Source of the DNA: Squalus acanthias
Lineage: Eukaryota
Length of the DNA stretch: 64,000 bases
Reading direction: 5' to 3'
Assembly (NCBI GenBank): GCA_030390025.1
Contig: CM059433.1
Span: 15,688,001-15,752,000 of the forward strand
Within the stretch, counting starts at the first letter, position 1; every line of letters starts with the position of its first letter. The translations under genes were made by a program, and so were the position numbers. Under the pieces are notes generated by a model. The model did not search any database. It was not told the origin of the DNA and saw nothing but the letters and a program-made list of their open reading frames with translations. Shown here piece after piece: positions 10,306 to 22,328 of this stretch.

Positions 10306-13135
10306 CTAATCACCCTTGTGCTTTCCCTTAATGCCTGTCTTCACTGTGCCTTTGCCTGTCCTAGTGCTCCTACGAAGTGCTACCTCAGTGGCTGCAGCAT
10401 GGCTGGCGGAAGGCTGCTGACTTTCCGTGAGGGACACTGCAGATGGCTTTGCAGGATGACCTCGAGCATCTCGGGGCCAAGAAGTCCCGGCTGCAAACTG
10501 CACCACCTTGGCATAGGCGGCAGCAGTCTGGGCTGGTTGGCTGACAGGCAACAGCAAGGGCACTAGCAGAGTGGAAGTGGTGGGAGGACGAATGCTGTCA
10601 TCCTGAGAGTAGACAACAGGTTCGTGCTCCATGGAGCCACTGACACTTCCCCGGGGCAGTGCGTCAGCATTCCTAGTAATCTGTTGGAGGACAGATTGCT
10701 GGACTGCTGCGAGACACTGCAAGCCAATTTCCACACTGGTAAACCCAGCCATGGTGGCAACAGTCTGAGCTTGTGTGGCAGCAAGCTGAGCCTGCATGAG
10801 AGCAGTCTGAGGCTGCATGACAGAAGTCTGAGCTTCCACTGCAGCACTCAGACGTAGGGTGGCTTGTGCTTGTGCTGCATGGTGGCTGGGGTCCACAAGT
10901 GCGCTAATGGATCTGCCCACCTCTTTCATGCTGGAAAGGATGGGCTCCAAGTTCTGCGCAAAGCCCTGTGCAAGGTTGGTGCCGGACCCCTCCATGCTCC
11001 TTGACATTGGACACAGGTTTACTGCCAATGCACCAATTATTTTGCTGTGGATACCCATAAGCATACTTCTGTAGGCCACCCCATCAAAGTCCTCATCTGA
11101 GTCCTCTGCAGCAGAACTCGTTCTCCTTTCTCGCTAACCTGTCTCCCAGCCCTGGCTGTAGCCCATTCGTGCCCGGTGACTCACCACATGCAGATCCACC
11201 TTGTGCAGATCCCGCCTTTAAGATGCCCTCTAAACTCCGCGCAGTGCCAGTATCTGAGCTGGTGACTGCGGGTGTCAGATCGAGTGAGGGTGTTTCTTCT
11301 TCTTCATCACGCTCCTCTCCCTTTTCTTCTACAACCACTGGCTGGGCAGGTTGGATTTCTTGGGTATCTGAAATGAGAAAGGCACAAGGGTAGGGTTGTG
11401 GTGAGGGGAGTGGGGTGGAAAGCAAGAGGTGCATGCTTACACCATTTGCAGATAGTAAATCAGAAGAGATTGTGGGATGAGGGGGAAGTGAGAAGTGAGA
11501 AGGAGGATAAAGTATGAGGATACCAGCACCTTTTACTCTTTCAGCCCTGCCACTGGCCACGGGCTCAGCCATGCCCCTCCCAAGAATGGCCAGCACCATC
11601 TCCTCCAATGGGGTGAGGTGATGCAGGCGAGCCTGTCCCCCACCGGTTAGTTTCTGCTGCTGCCGGTTATGCGCTACCTTTTCCTGCAAGAGAAAGGCAA
11701 GTGTGTCAGTGAGTGTGGTGTAATGTGTTTGGGTGATGTACGTGTCATGGTTGAGTAGCTACCAGTGTGTGCAAGCTGTGAGATGTGGGTGTGAGACTTG
11801 CAGCACTGCTGAGTTTTTTAAAATTTGTTTATGGGATGTGGGCGTCGCTGGCAAGGCCAGCATTTATTGCCCATCCCTCGTTGCCCTTGAGAAGGTGGTG
11901 GTGAGCCGTCTTCTTAAACCGCTGCAGTCCGTGTGGTAAAGGTACTCCCACAGTGCTGTTAGGGACGGAGTTCCAGGATTTTGACCCAGCGACGATGAAG
12001 GATCGGCGATATACTTCCAAGTCAGGATGGTGTGTGACTTGGAGGGGAACTTGGAGGTGGTGGTGTTCCCATGCGCCTGCTGCCCTTGTCCTTCTAGGTG
12101 GTAGAGGTCGCGGGTTTGAGAGGTGCTGCCAAAGAAGCCTTGGCGAGTTGCTGCAGTGCATCTTGTAGATGGCACACACTGCAGCCACGGTACACCAGTG
12201 GTGGAGGGAGTGAATGTTTAAGGTAGTGGATGGAGTGCCAATCAAGCGGGCTGCTTTGTCCTGGATGGTGTCGAGCTTCTTGAGTGTTATTGGAGCTGCA
12301 CTCATCCAGGCAAGTGGAGAGTATTCCATCACACTCCTTACTTGTGCCTTGTAGATGGTGGATAGGCTTTGGGGAGTCAGGAGGTGAGACACTCGCCGCA
12401 GAATACCTAGCCTGTGACCTGCTCTTGTTGCCACAGTATTTATGTGGCTGGTCCAGTTAAGTTTCTGGTCTATGGTGACCCCCAGGATGTTGATGGTGGG
12501 GGATTCAGCGATGGTATTACCGTTGAATGTCAAGGGCAGGTGGTTAGACTCTCGCTTGTTGGAGATTGTCATTGCCTGGCACTTCTGTGGCGTGAATGTT
12601 ACCTGCCACTTATCAGCCCAAGCCTGAACGTCATCCAGGCCTTGTTGCATGCGGGCATGGACTGCTTCATTATCTGAGGAGTTGTGAATGGTGCTGAACA
12701 CTGTGCAGTCATCAGCGAACATCCCCATTTCTGATCTTATGTTGGAGGCTGTGTGTGAGGGTGAGGTGTAGCTATGAATGTGAGGCATGAGTTGTGTTTT
12801 GTAGGTGAGTGATGGGACTGTGGTGCATTGAGCAGTGCATGAGGCGAGTGCTGTAGATGGTAGGCTATGGCATTTGACGATTAATTCACTGACTGTAACC
12901 ACTCATGTGAGGTTATTAAACCTCTTCCTTCACTGCGTCCAGGTCCTCGGGGCTATACTGCTGGCATCCACCACAGTGGCTATCTGCTCCCACTGCACTT
13001 TGCTCTGTTGCCTGGAGGGCCTCTTGGCCCCCTGTGGAAAGATGGTCTCTCTCCTCCTAGTGACCTCTTCCACCAAGGCCTCTAGTGCTGCATTGGACAA
13101 TCTTGGTGTATGCTCTCTCCTGTTGTGCCATTGCT
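10306..13135 (-). pseudogene. Harbinger Myb/SANT-like DNA-binding gene, three exons, disrupted
   Basis: Exon 1 ~13135-12895 (Myb; W.Q.RKRFN.L); exon 2 ~11685-11525 (ttgcag|EKVAHNR...TGGG); exon 3 from ~11365 (tttcag|) including ORF 10306-11079 with a coiled-coil-like region and basic C-terminus. Confidence 0.8.
11813..12740 (-). mobile_element. CR1-group LINE family A, 5'-truncated, in Myb intron 1
   Basis: Open RT C-terminal frame (GMFADDC...LGVTIDQKLNW) within ORF 11829-12902; family A 3' tail. Confidence 0.92.
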
Positions 13136-13479
13136 AATTAATATTTTTGCACTGTCTTCCTCAGCCAATTAAATGATGATCTGCACTGCACCACACTCAC
13201 TGACACACTCCCCTTTAAAAGGTGCAGACTGCCTTTAAGTAGTGCAGGCTAGCTTTAGTTGGTGCTAGCCTCGCGCGAACTTGGGCCCCCTGCTGAGCGT
13301 TCAGCCACTCAGCAGTACGTTCGGCGCTAGGCTGAATGGCACAATAATGTAAATAAGCAGGGAACACAAAGTACGCGTGCTGCCTTCAGTCCTCCAAACG
13401 AGCGCGGGACTGATAGCACTTCGCAATCCCCGCACCCATTTTTGGGGACAAATGAATTTCTGGGCCATAGGATCCTCAT

Positions 13480-13583
13480 TGCCAGTAGGCAAAGGCGATC
13501 TTCAAACTATCCGTATGGGCTGGACTTGAAACCAGGTTCCAGATGTGAAAGATCAGTGCCTAACCCATCGTGTTACATAGTGC
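13480..13583 (-). mobile_element. Old tRNA-derived SINE head (LF-SINE-like)
   Basis: Minus strand ggttaggcactgatctttcacatctggaacctggtttcaagtccagccca contains a degenerate B box. Confidence 0.4.
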
Positions 13584-14316
13584 ACAAATGAAGTAAATTT
13601 ATGAACAGAATGATTTGTGGAGAGTCAGGAAACCTCTGGTTGTGACATGGTGGACATCTTGCCCTCTGTTTATCTTGTAGAAAAGATTTTTCTAACAGTT
13701 GGCATCAAGAAGCAGAATTGTTTTGCCTTCCACTTTGTCACCTGGCTCTTCTTGGCTGGTAACCTGCTTGACACCAAAAAAAGACAAAATTAAATGATAT
13801 CTGCCAACAATTCATATTGCTGTAGTAGCATTTGATATCACCAGCAATGCATTATACATTTCTGAGTGGAGAGGGACAGTGAGATTACTATTACTTTAAA
13901 TCAACGCTGATATTGCCCGTCCAGAAGTTAATAAAGACGTAAGAACATAAAAGATTAAAAGAATTGCAAGTCCCCACACCGCCCACTTCACTGGCACAGC
14001 TGCTCCTTTCAGCAGAAACTATTCTTTTTTGCTACATCTGCAACAAAATTCCAGAGAGATGAAAAAGTGATCAATCTCCTGCCTGCAGCAATATCTACTC
14101 AGGTCTTTATCTGGCTTTGCAACTGAAGCTGGAAGTATTTGTTCAGTAAAGTATTTTTCTGTTTGAAATAAATAGCAAAAAAATAAACCAGCAAATTGTG
14201 ACAATACCAGGAAAATGATTCGTGATTTATTTTCATGATTGTTATATCTGCGGATAGTTTCAAATTTCTTCTTGTCCATTGTGTTTGCCTATTCTGTATA
14301 ATTACTGTGTATTATT

Positions 14317-14567
14317 AATAGAAACAGAAAATGCTGGAAATGCTCAGCAGGTCAGGCCAGCATCTGTGGAGAGAGAGAAACAGAGTTTAACGTTTCAGGT
14401 CGATGACCTTTCATCGGAACTGGAAAAAGTTAGAGATGTAACAGGTTTTCAAGCAAGTACAGGGGCAGGGAAAAGGGGAGAGGGGAGGAAAGAACAAAAG
14501 GGAAGGTCTGTGATAGGGTGGAAGGCAGGAGAGATTAAATGACAAAAGGGATGATGGTGCGAGGCAA
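14317..14567 (-). mobile_element. Penelope-like terminal repeat fragment
   Basis: Matches the reverse complement of the 3' end of the GIY-YIG Penelope element at ~42500-42690. Confidence 0.85.
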
Positions 14568-14589
14568 GAACAGTAAATAAACTCAAGTA

Positions 14590-15200
14590 ACAGCCGGACA
14601 AATTCAGCAATGCTGCACTCCTGATGCGGAGCTGTGCCTGATGAGGGTGTGAGTTACAGATTCGGCACTATAATGTGAAGCGAAGCTGTTCCCATTGAGT
14701 GAGGGTCTGTGCTAGGAGTGCAGCATCTCCGAATGTAACCTATGTAGCGCCATTGTACCATGTGTACAGTGTTTACTGGAAACAATGGGGCGCAGGTAAG
14801 CCTAAGTGATACTGCAGACTCGGTGTGACTCTCTGACCAAGGGAAAGTGGAGCGCTGTGCATGCGTGCTTATAGCATTTGCAATTATGATGCGATGGAAT
14901 AGCGAGCTCTCTGCTCGCATTCAGGAATTGGGCGCGACGGCTGCCAATGAGGTCGAAGTAGCGGTGCGCACGCAGTTTCAGTGCTAACTGAAAAGAAAAC
15001 ATTGTCGCCATCATAAAGAAAAAAATTCCAGAGAGAAAGGAGGGGAGGGGAGGGGTGGTGAAAAGAGATCGCTGCTACCGAACACAGCCGCGTCAGGGAA
15101 GGAAAATCTGCCCCAGCAAAACACAGTAAACGTCCATTTTAATTCATTTTCTTCTCCTTTCCCTTCACACGGGACTTGCGCACCGTACAAATAAATCTCC
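14590..15200. promoter_or_regulatory. CpG-rich, apparently unique segment; possible promoter or first exon
   Basis: Many retained CpGs in DNA I could not assign to a repeat; ATGGGGCGCAG|GTAAG donor at ~14785-14800. Confidence 0.3.
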
Positions 15201-15632
15201 ACAACCCTCCACCCGCAAAAATATCATACAGTAGTACTTAAACCAACCCTGCGCTATTATTATACATTATTAAACCAACCCATAGCTCCATAGATTCCAT
15301 AGCTATAGGCCTGCGATATGATTATGTTATTATACATTCATACTTGAACCACCACAGATTTATGCGCAGAACGCTTCTGCGCAGCTTCTGGTCGTTGGCA
15401 GCAGTCACTCCATAAAGAATAATCAGTATAAAGCCCACGAGGTTCCCGTGCAGTCCATATGGAGAGCCAGGGAGCTTTTTAAACTTCCTTCGCATTAACA
15501 GCAGTTATATTGTAGCTGGTGCCAAACCATTGTGCACCTCCACAAGGTGCATGTCAGAATTTGATTTGGGTAAACTGAAGCTCACATTATCCATCAATGT
15601 GAAGATGCAAATATTGATGCTAAATATTTAGT

Positions 15633-16394
15633 GGCCCTGAAATTCGCCTCTCCGGCTTGCCGCGGGGGTAAGGATCGCGCGCGCACTTACCTACCGCGCC
15701 TGCCGTTGACCTCTGGGCCCACGGGAACTTCAGCTCCTGGGCCTCCTCAACTGCCGGCGCGCAGTGCTTGCGTGTCCCAGGGGTGTAGTTAGTGCGATGC
15801 GTCCCCTGGGATCACGTGGGCCATGGAGAGCCAATGGCAGCAGACCATCTTTCATTCATAGATTTGACAGGAAGACCTGTCAAATCTATGAATTGAAATC
15901 GGCCCCAAAAGAACAGCTAAACTGCAAATAAATTTTTTTTTTAATCACATTTATAAAATAACTATAAGTTAAATAAATTAACTACTTTAAACAAAAATTA
16001 AATTTTTGAAAAAATTAAAATACTTTTTAACAGTACTAAAAATAAACTTACCTTTCTTTAAAGTATCTAAAAAAGATAAACATGTTGAAATTTTTTTTAA
16101 ATTATACTTAATTAACCACTTACCTTGTTGAAAACGGGTCCTGCGCCTCCTTTTTAAAAGAGCAGGTTCTTCAATACTTACCCTCCCGTAGAAACCTGAA
16201 AAAAACCCTAAGTTTGCTGCGTGCGCACAGCCTCTACCGCGCACGTGTTTCACCTAGGAACCGCCCCCCTTCACCAGACCGGAAGTTTCGGTTTCCCGCG
16301 CATGCACAGTGCATGCAGGAAACCGGCACTTCGGGACGCCTTACAGGTGAGTACACAGTGCGTACTCACCCGGGAAGGGCCGAATTTTTGGCCC
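15633..16394. mobile_element. Harbinger-type MITE, family M copy 1
   Basis: TIRs ggccctgaaattcg / cgaatttttggccc, 3-bp TSD AGT, AT-rich centre; homologous to 28845-29606 and 59222-59951. Confidence 0.88.
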
Positions 16395-16861
16395 AGTATA
16401 ACTGGCCTGATAGTAAATGAGGAATCTGGATCATTTACCGTGGTGGTTTATAGGTCTCAGGTAACAGTGCTAGGACTTCTTTTAAATGTGATGGCTCAAC
16501 ATTTTCTCGCTTGCCTGTGAGCTGACAGATATTTGCAACACATCTCTTCCTATCTCTCATTCTTGCTCCTCTGCCCATGTTCTTTCTTCTTCCCCATTGC
16601 TCTGTTCCAGTTGAATTTTGCATTTTAGCCGCTTCCTACTGTGAATACCGGGACTCGTAATCACAAACGGAGCTCCAAAATGGCGATACTATCTCCTGGA
16701 CGGCACCATCGATGAATTTAACTCTCGCCAACTGTTTCCCCTCTGCACAGCACGGGAGACCTCAAAAATCGTTAAAATAACAATAAGCTAATTATTTAAA
16801 GTTTTTAAAACAAAGCCAACAAAATGGGTAGCATAAAAATAGAGATAAAAAGATCAACTCT

Positions 16862-17495
16862 GGGCTCGACTTTAACTCCCACCCCACTCCACCCACCCCC
16901 GCCCCCACCCCGGCCTGGCGCAAACCAAATCGGGGCGTGGGGGGGCAGTTAAAATGTAGTGGGGAACTAACCCACTCCTTTCCCGCCCCGATCTGGTCCA
17001 CTGCAATTTTAAGTTGCATGCATCAAAGACACCTGCCCCAATCCGACGGGGTCCTCTCTAAATTTGGAGATTGGCCACCGATTACATCATCGGGGCCTGA
17101 TCAGCCATTTTAGCCTGAGGCCTGAGCGTGGGAGCAGTGATTCTTCCCCACTAGGCTAAATCTGACAGGAACGGCAGCCAGGTCAGAAGAGGCCCAGCAA
17201 ACTAAGTTTTTAACATTTGTTTTAGTTTCCTTATGGGCCAGGAGCAGCAGAAGTGTCACTCCAGCCCCCACGAGGAAACCTTGGGCCTCCATGTCTCGGG
17301 CTTCCTTCCCCCTCCCCCCAACCGGGATTCCCCCCATGGCGCACTTACCTTGTGCCGGGTACTGGTCGGGAAGTCGACAAGCGGCATGCTGATGAGGCCC
17401 GGCCGTTATCGTCGGCCAAGCCTGCCCACTGCCACTCCCGGATGGGCACATCACTCGCTTTACCATGTTCCCACCCAGGAGTTAAAATCAAGCCC
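16862..17495. mobile_element. Harbinger-type MITE of a different family
   Basis: TIRs gggctcgactttaactcc / ggagttaaaatcaagccc; flanks tct / ttt. Confidence 0.8.
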
Positions 17496-17917
17496 TTTGA
17501 GTTCTGGAAATTTGAAATAAAAACAGAAATTGTTGGAAAGCCAATCAAGAATTGAAAAAAAGGCAGATTATCATTTTGAGCGAAACCATTCATTAGAACC
17601 TTTGGGAAATGTTTCAACAGTCCTGGTTAAGTAAGAACTGATTAATTTCCCTCACTACTGCCAAAAGAAAGAGTTTTAAAAATTAGTTATTGAGGTTGGA
17701 TGTATGTGGTAGGACAAAAGAGGGGGCAGGTTTACACCCAGTGGGATTGATACTATTGGCAGGAATTCAGGACGACAAAATTGATCGATTGCCACTCCTG
17801 AAATGCTCACTATAAATGCACCTGCTCTGATCTAATTAAGGGCTGTGCACCCATGTTATTCACTCCAGCTCATTTTGAGTGGTAGTTTATTTCTACATGC
17901 ACCCTGTGTGCTGATGA

Positions 17918-18403
17918 CCGTCTCCCGTTCGCCCATCTCCCCTGTGCTCGCTGACCTACATTGGCTCCCGGTTAAGCAGCGCCTCGATTTCAAAATCCTC
18001 ATCCTTGTTTTCAAATCCCTCCACGGCCTCACCCCTTCCTATCTCTGTAATCTCCTTCAGCCCCACAACCCCCCCGAGATATCTGCGCTCCTCTAATTCT
18101 GCCCTCTTGAGCATCCCTGATTATAATCGCTCAACCTTTGGTGGCCGTGCCTTCTGTTGCCTGGGCCCTAAGCTCTGGAATTCCCTGCCTAAACCTCTCC
18201 GCCTCGCTACCTCTCTTTCCTCCTTTAAGACGCTCCTTAAAACCTACCTCTTTGACCAAGCTTTTGGTCGCCTGCCCTAATTTATCCTTATGTGGATCGG
18301 TGTCAAATTTTTTGTCTTAAAATACTCCTGTGCATCGACTTGGGACGTTTTACTAAGTTAAAGGCGCTATATAAATACAAGTTGTTGTTGTTGATGTTGT
18401 TGA
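17918..18403 (+). mobile_element. L2 LINE 3' end
   Basis: PISPVLADLHWLPV..RLDFKIL, GRAF...GPKLWNSLP, FKTLLKTYLF; tail aaaggcgctatataaatacaa(gtt)n. Confidence 0.92.
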
Positions 18404-18891
18404 TGAAGTCCTGTTCCTGCTTCCAGTGTTTAGATGGAAGTTCTCCTCAGCGCCACTTTTGTCCATCAAAACAGGGGATTAAAAGAAAGATACTTGAAGT
18501 CTTAATTTAAAGGGAAAGAAGGAAACAATTTGAGGGTGAAAGAAAGGCACAGCTGCCGATACAAAACCGAACATTAGGAAGTTCTCTCAGTACGTCAACA
18601 GTAAGAGGAGGCGAGTGCAATAAAAGATGCAAATAGACTTGAAACAGAAGATGAGCACAAGCTAATAAACATTCTGAATGTTTACTTCTTTCAAGTATTC
18701 ACAAGGGAAGTCATGAGCAATATACACTCCCCAAAGAGAGATTGCATCGGCAAAATTAATGATTTTTATACAAATGAGAAGCAAGTCCTAGTCAGGATGA
18801 AAATGCTCAAAAACCCAAAGATAACTAGGGATAGATGGCATTTATCACAGAGTGCTGAAGGAGACGAGGGGGGTGATTTGTGATTCACTGA

Positions 18892-19028
18892 TGTAATGTA
18901 TTATCACATGGTTTGTCACATGGTTTAGTACGAGCATGCTCAGTTCGCTCTGGCCTAGTAAAGCTAGCACATGGACTAGCAACTCATCCTGTCTCTGTCC
19001 TTCATTTGTTCTACCCACATATATTACA
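18892..19028 (+). repeat. Gypsy 5' LTR
   Basis: Direct repeat of 24024-24160 with 11 mismatches in 137 nt (counted by eye). Confidence 0.95.
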
Positions 19029-19032
19029 TTTT

Positions 19033-19050
19033 TGGCGACGAGGATGGGAT
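19033..19050 (+). promoter_or_regulatory. Primer-binding site for tRNA-Ser(GCT)
   Basis: TGGCGACGAGGATGGGAT is complementary to the 3' 18 nt of vertebrate tRNA-Ser(GCT) including CCA. Confidence 0.85.
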
Positions 19051-19285
19051 CCCAAAGCCATTTTTAGGGATCATGGAAGGACACGATGTTCAACCTTCGA
19101 GTGGACAAGTTTAAGGTGAGTGTGTGATACCTAAACTGAATTTTTGCGATGCTTTACTGTTAATGGTCATGCAGAATCATCTGTGCTTCGCCTTCATGTG
19201 TATGTATACACAGCAACAGCAGCGTTGATTCTCACAGGTACACAGGTAGCGTGTTGAGTCACTGTTCAATGGGATCGGGACAATC

Positions 19286-22200
19286 ATGGCCCCGCCTATG
19301 GGATTCATCGGAAGCCTCGGCCTGTATGACCAAGCTCACGAACTATTTAGTTCTTACATTGAGCGGATGGAGATGCTTTTTAAGGCCAATAACATTATTG
19401 AGACCGAAGGTGCAGATGAGAATGTTCAAGCTCAAAATAAAGTAATTCGTGAACGTAAAAAAGTAATTTTTCTAACGGAGATCGGGCCAGATGTCTACGG
19501 AACGTTGACAAACCTACTCACGCCAGGGAAAGTGAAGGATGCGTTGTTTGAGGACATTGTCGAGAAACTCGAGGACCATTTCGACCCAAAGCCGTTAGAA
19601 ATAGCAGAGAGCTAGAAGTTTGGTACCAGAAACCAAAAACAAAGTGAAAGCATCAGTGAGTACATTGTAGCTCTTAAAAACCTGTGTTTGCATTGTAACT
19701 TCGTCACATTTTTGGATTGTGCGTTGTGAGATAAGTTTGTGTGTGGACTGGTGGATGAGCACACACAGTCCAAGTTACTGAACACTCTGAACCTAACGTT
19801 TGACATAGCATGCAAAATTGCCCTATCTATGGAGATGGCATCTAAGAATACTAGGGAGCTCCGTCCAACTCAAGTGACTTGTGCAGCTGAGGTCTACAAT
19901 CACAAAACCTAAAGCTGTGAGACTGGGTCAAAAGCGTGTCGGTGAGAGCAGTTCAGTGAATTGTTATCGCTACAATGGAAATCACTCACCACAGTCCTGC
20001 CAATACAGAAATGCGAAGTGTTTTCACTGCCAGAAGCAAGGCCATATTTCCACAGCTTGCAGAGCTAAATCTAAAGCAGGAAGTAAGAACCATTCTAGTG
20101 ACAATGCAAAGCAGCGACAACAAAAGGGAGGAGCTCACAATATTGAAGCGAGCACACCTGATGTTGAAGAACTAGGCATCTACAGTATCTATGCCACTAG
20201 CAGCAACTCCAGCAGTCGTGAGAAAGACTTCAGTACAGAACATTTGGTCAACGAGCAATATATGTGATCGACACAGCAACGGACTGCTCTGGGTAAGGAC
20301 ACATATGAGAGTAAGTTTAATCAAATACCACTTACAAAAAGTACAGAAGAGTTAAAATCTTACTCCGGTGAAATCCTAGAGACATGTGGACAAATGGAAT
20401 GTATAGTTCAACACAATGGCCAGTCAGTAAAGCTGCCTATTATTGTAGCGAGCTACAACAGGCCAACCCTCATGGACAAAAACTGGTTGAGAAAGTTAAA
20501 ACTAGACTGGAAAAACATCTTCAGTGTAGATGCTTCAAAGAAGTGACTCGACACAATGCTGAACAAGTATAATAGCATGTGCTCAGACAGTTATGAGGGC
20601 ATCACTGGGTATGACGCGCATATCCACATCAAGTCCAACGCAAAGCCTGTCTATTGTAAGGCAAGGCCAGTCCCCTATGCATTGAAAAGTCAGGTGGAGG
20701 AAGAGCTAGTGAAGCTGAGAGAGAACGGAGTGCTAGTAAAAACTGACAAAAGTGAATGGGCTACCCCGATTGTGGTAGTGCCCAAAGCAGACAAAACTGT
20801 AGGCTTGTGTGGTGAGCTACAAAGTTACTATCAACCAAGCAGTTGACGATGGACAGTACCCGTTACCTACATCGCAAGATTTGTATGCAGCATTCTCTGG
20901 GTCCAAGGTTTTCTCCAAGCTTCACCTGTCGCACGGTTATGCTCAGCTGAATGTTGACAAAGAGACTCAACAGTATCTCACTATCAACACACACAAGGGA
21001 CTGTACTCATACACCAAGCTGCCGTATGGTGTAAAGTCCTCCCCCAAAATCTTCCAGGCTACGATGGATAAGATTTTGTCAGGAGTTCCAAATTGCTTAT
21101 GCAATCAAGACGATGTGCTGATCGCAACAAGCAGTGAGGAAGAAAATCTCGAACTGTTAGATTTAGTGCCTCAAAGGTTGAATTCCCACAATGTCAAATT
21201 GAAAAGGAGCAAATGTGCTTTTGTGCAGGCCCGAAGTTGTGTACCTTGGTCTGAAAGTTGATAAAAAAATGGCTTGCAACCAGTGAAGGAAAAGTTTGAT
21301 GCTGTCATCAATGCTCCAAAGCCACAGAATGTGTTTGAGTTAAGATCTTTCCTTGGAATAGTGCACACACGTTTCTTATCTGAGTTAGCGACCATGTTAG
21401 CTCCATTACACGAGCTCCGCAAGAAGGATGTCCAGTGGAATTGGACAAAAGCACAACAGGAAGCTTACAACGCTTGTAAGAGAAGTCTCTCTAGCGATGC
21501 TCTACTTGTGCACTACGACACAGAGCGTGAGCTTAAGTTAGCATGTGATGCTTCCAGCTACAGTGTGGGAGCTGTCATAAGCCACGTACTGGATGACGGC
21601 CAAGAGGAATCAATCGCGTTTGCATCGCGAACCCTCACAAAGAGCAAAAGAAACTACGTGCAAATTGGAAAGGAAACACTCACCAGAGTGTTTGGAATGA
21701 AGAAATTTCAACAATTCCTGATCGGCAGAAAGTTTACCCTGATAACCAATCTGCCATCCCTTAAATGGCCACATCAAGAATGCAACATTGGGCAGTGTTG
21801 TTGTCACAATATGACTACAAGATTGAATATCGCACATCAGAGCAAAACGTAATTGCAGATGCCTTGTCCAGGTTGCCACATGAAGACTCATGTGTTGGGA
21901 ATGAAGGTGAGATTTCACGCTAGGTGCAATTGACAAAGGGCTGGATTTTCATTGACCCGTGGAGGCAGGTTTGGAGGCGTGTGGGGGGTTAAAATTGCGA
22001 AAACTGGCAGGCGGGCACAAGTCCGCCTCCATCCCGCCTCCACGCAATTTTGATTAAATCGTGTCTGCTGGTCCCGACTCCATCCCGCCTCTAAGAGGTG
22101 GGATAGACTGTTAAGGCCCTTAACAAGCACTAAATTGGCTCTATAATGCCATTTTGAAAGGCCTTTGTGATTTTAACCCTTGTTCTACGTGAAGCACGCC

Positions 22201-22297
22201 TGTTCTGAACCACAAATGTGAAACCTGGCGGTAACACATTTCGAAAGCTGACTATCAGCTGCAGGTCCAGTATTACAACATAGTAGTACAGCAAAGG

Positions 22298-22328
<31 letters not shown>

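Larger units (their letters stand above)
8690..13466. mobile_element. PIF/Harbinger transposon, near-complete (left TIR missing)
   Basis: Convergent transposase (+) and Myb/SANT (-) genes; right terminus gaatttctgggcc matches the TIRs of the MITEs in this window. Confidence 0.85.

Noticed and set aside
2717..13466. One 10.7-kb composite Harbinger bounded by an ATA TSD
   Set aside because: Both ends are Myb-proximal ends of oppositely oriented, differently aged elements and the TIRs match poorly; a 3-bp match is likely chance.
16629..16770. Second exon or YY1-type promoter (CCAAAATGGCG)
   Set aside because: Splicing from the 14795 donor gives a stop within a few codons; a single motif is insufficient.
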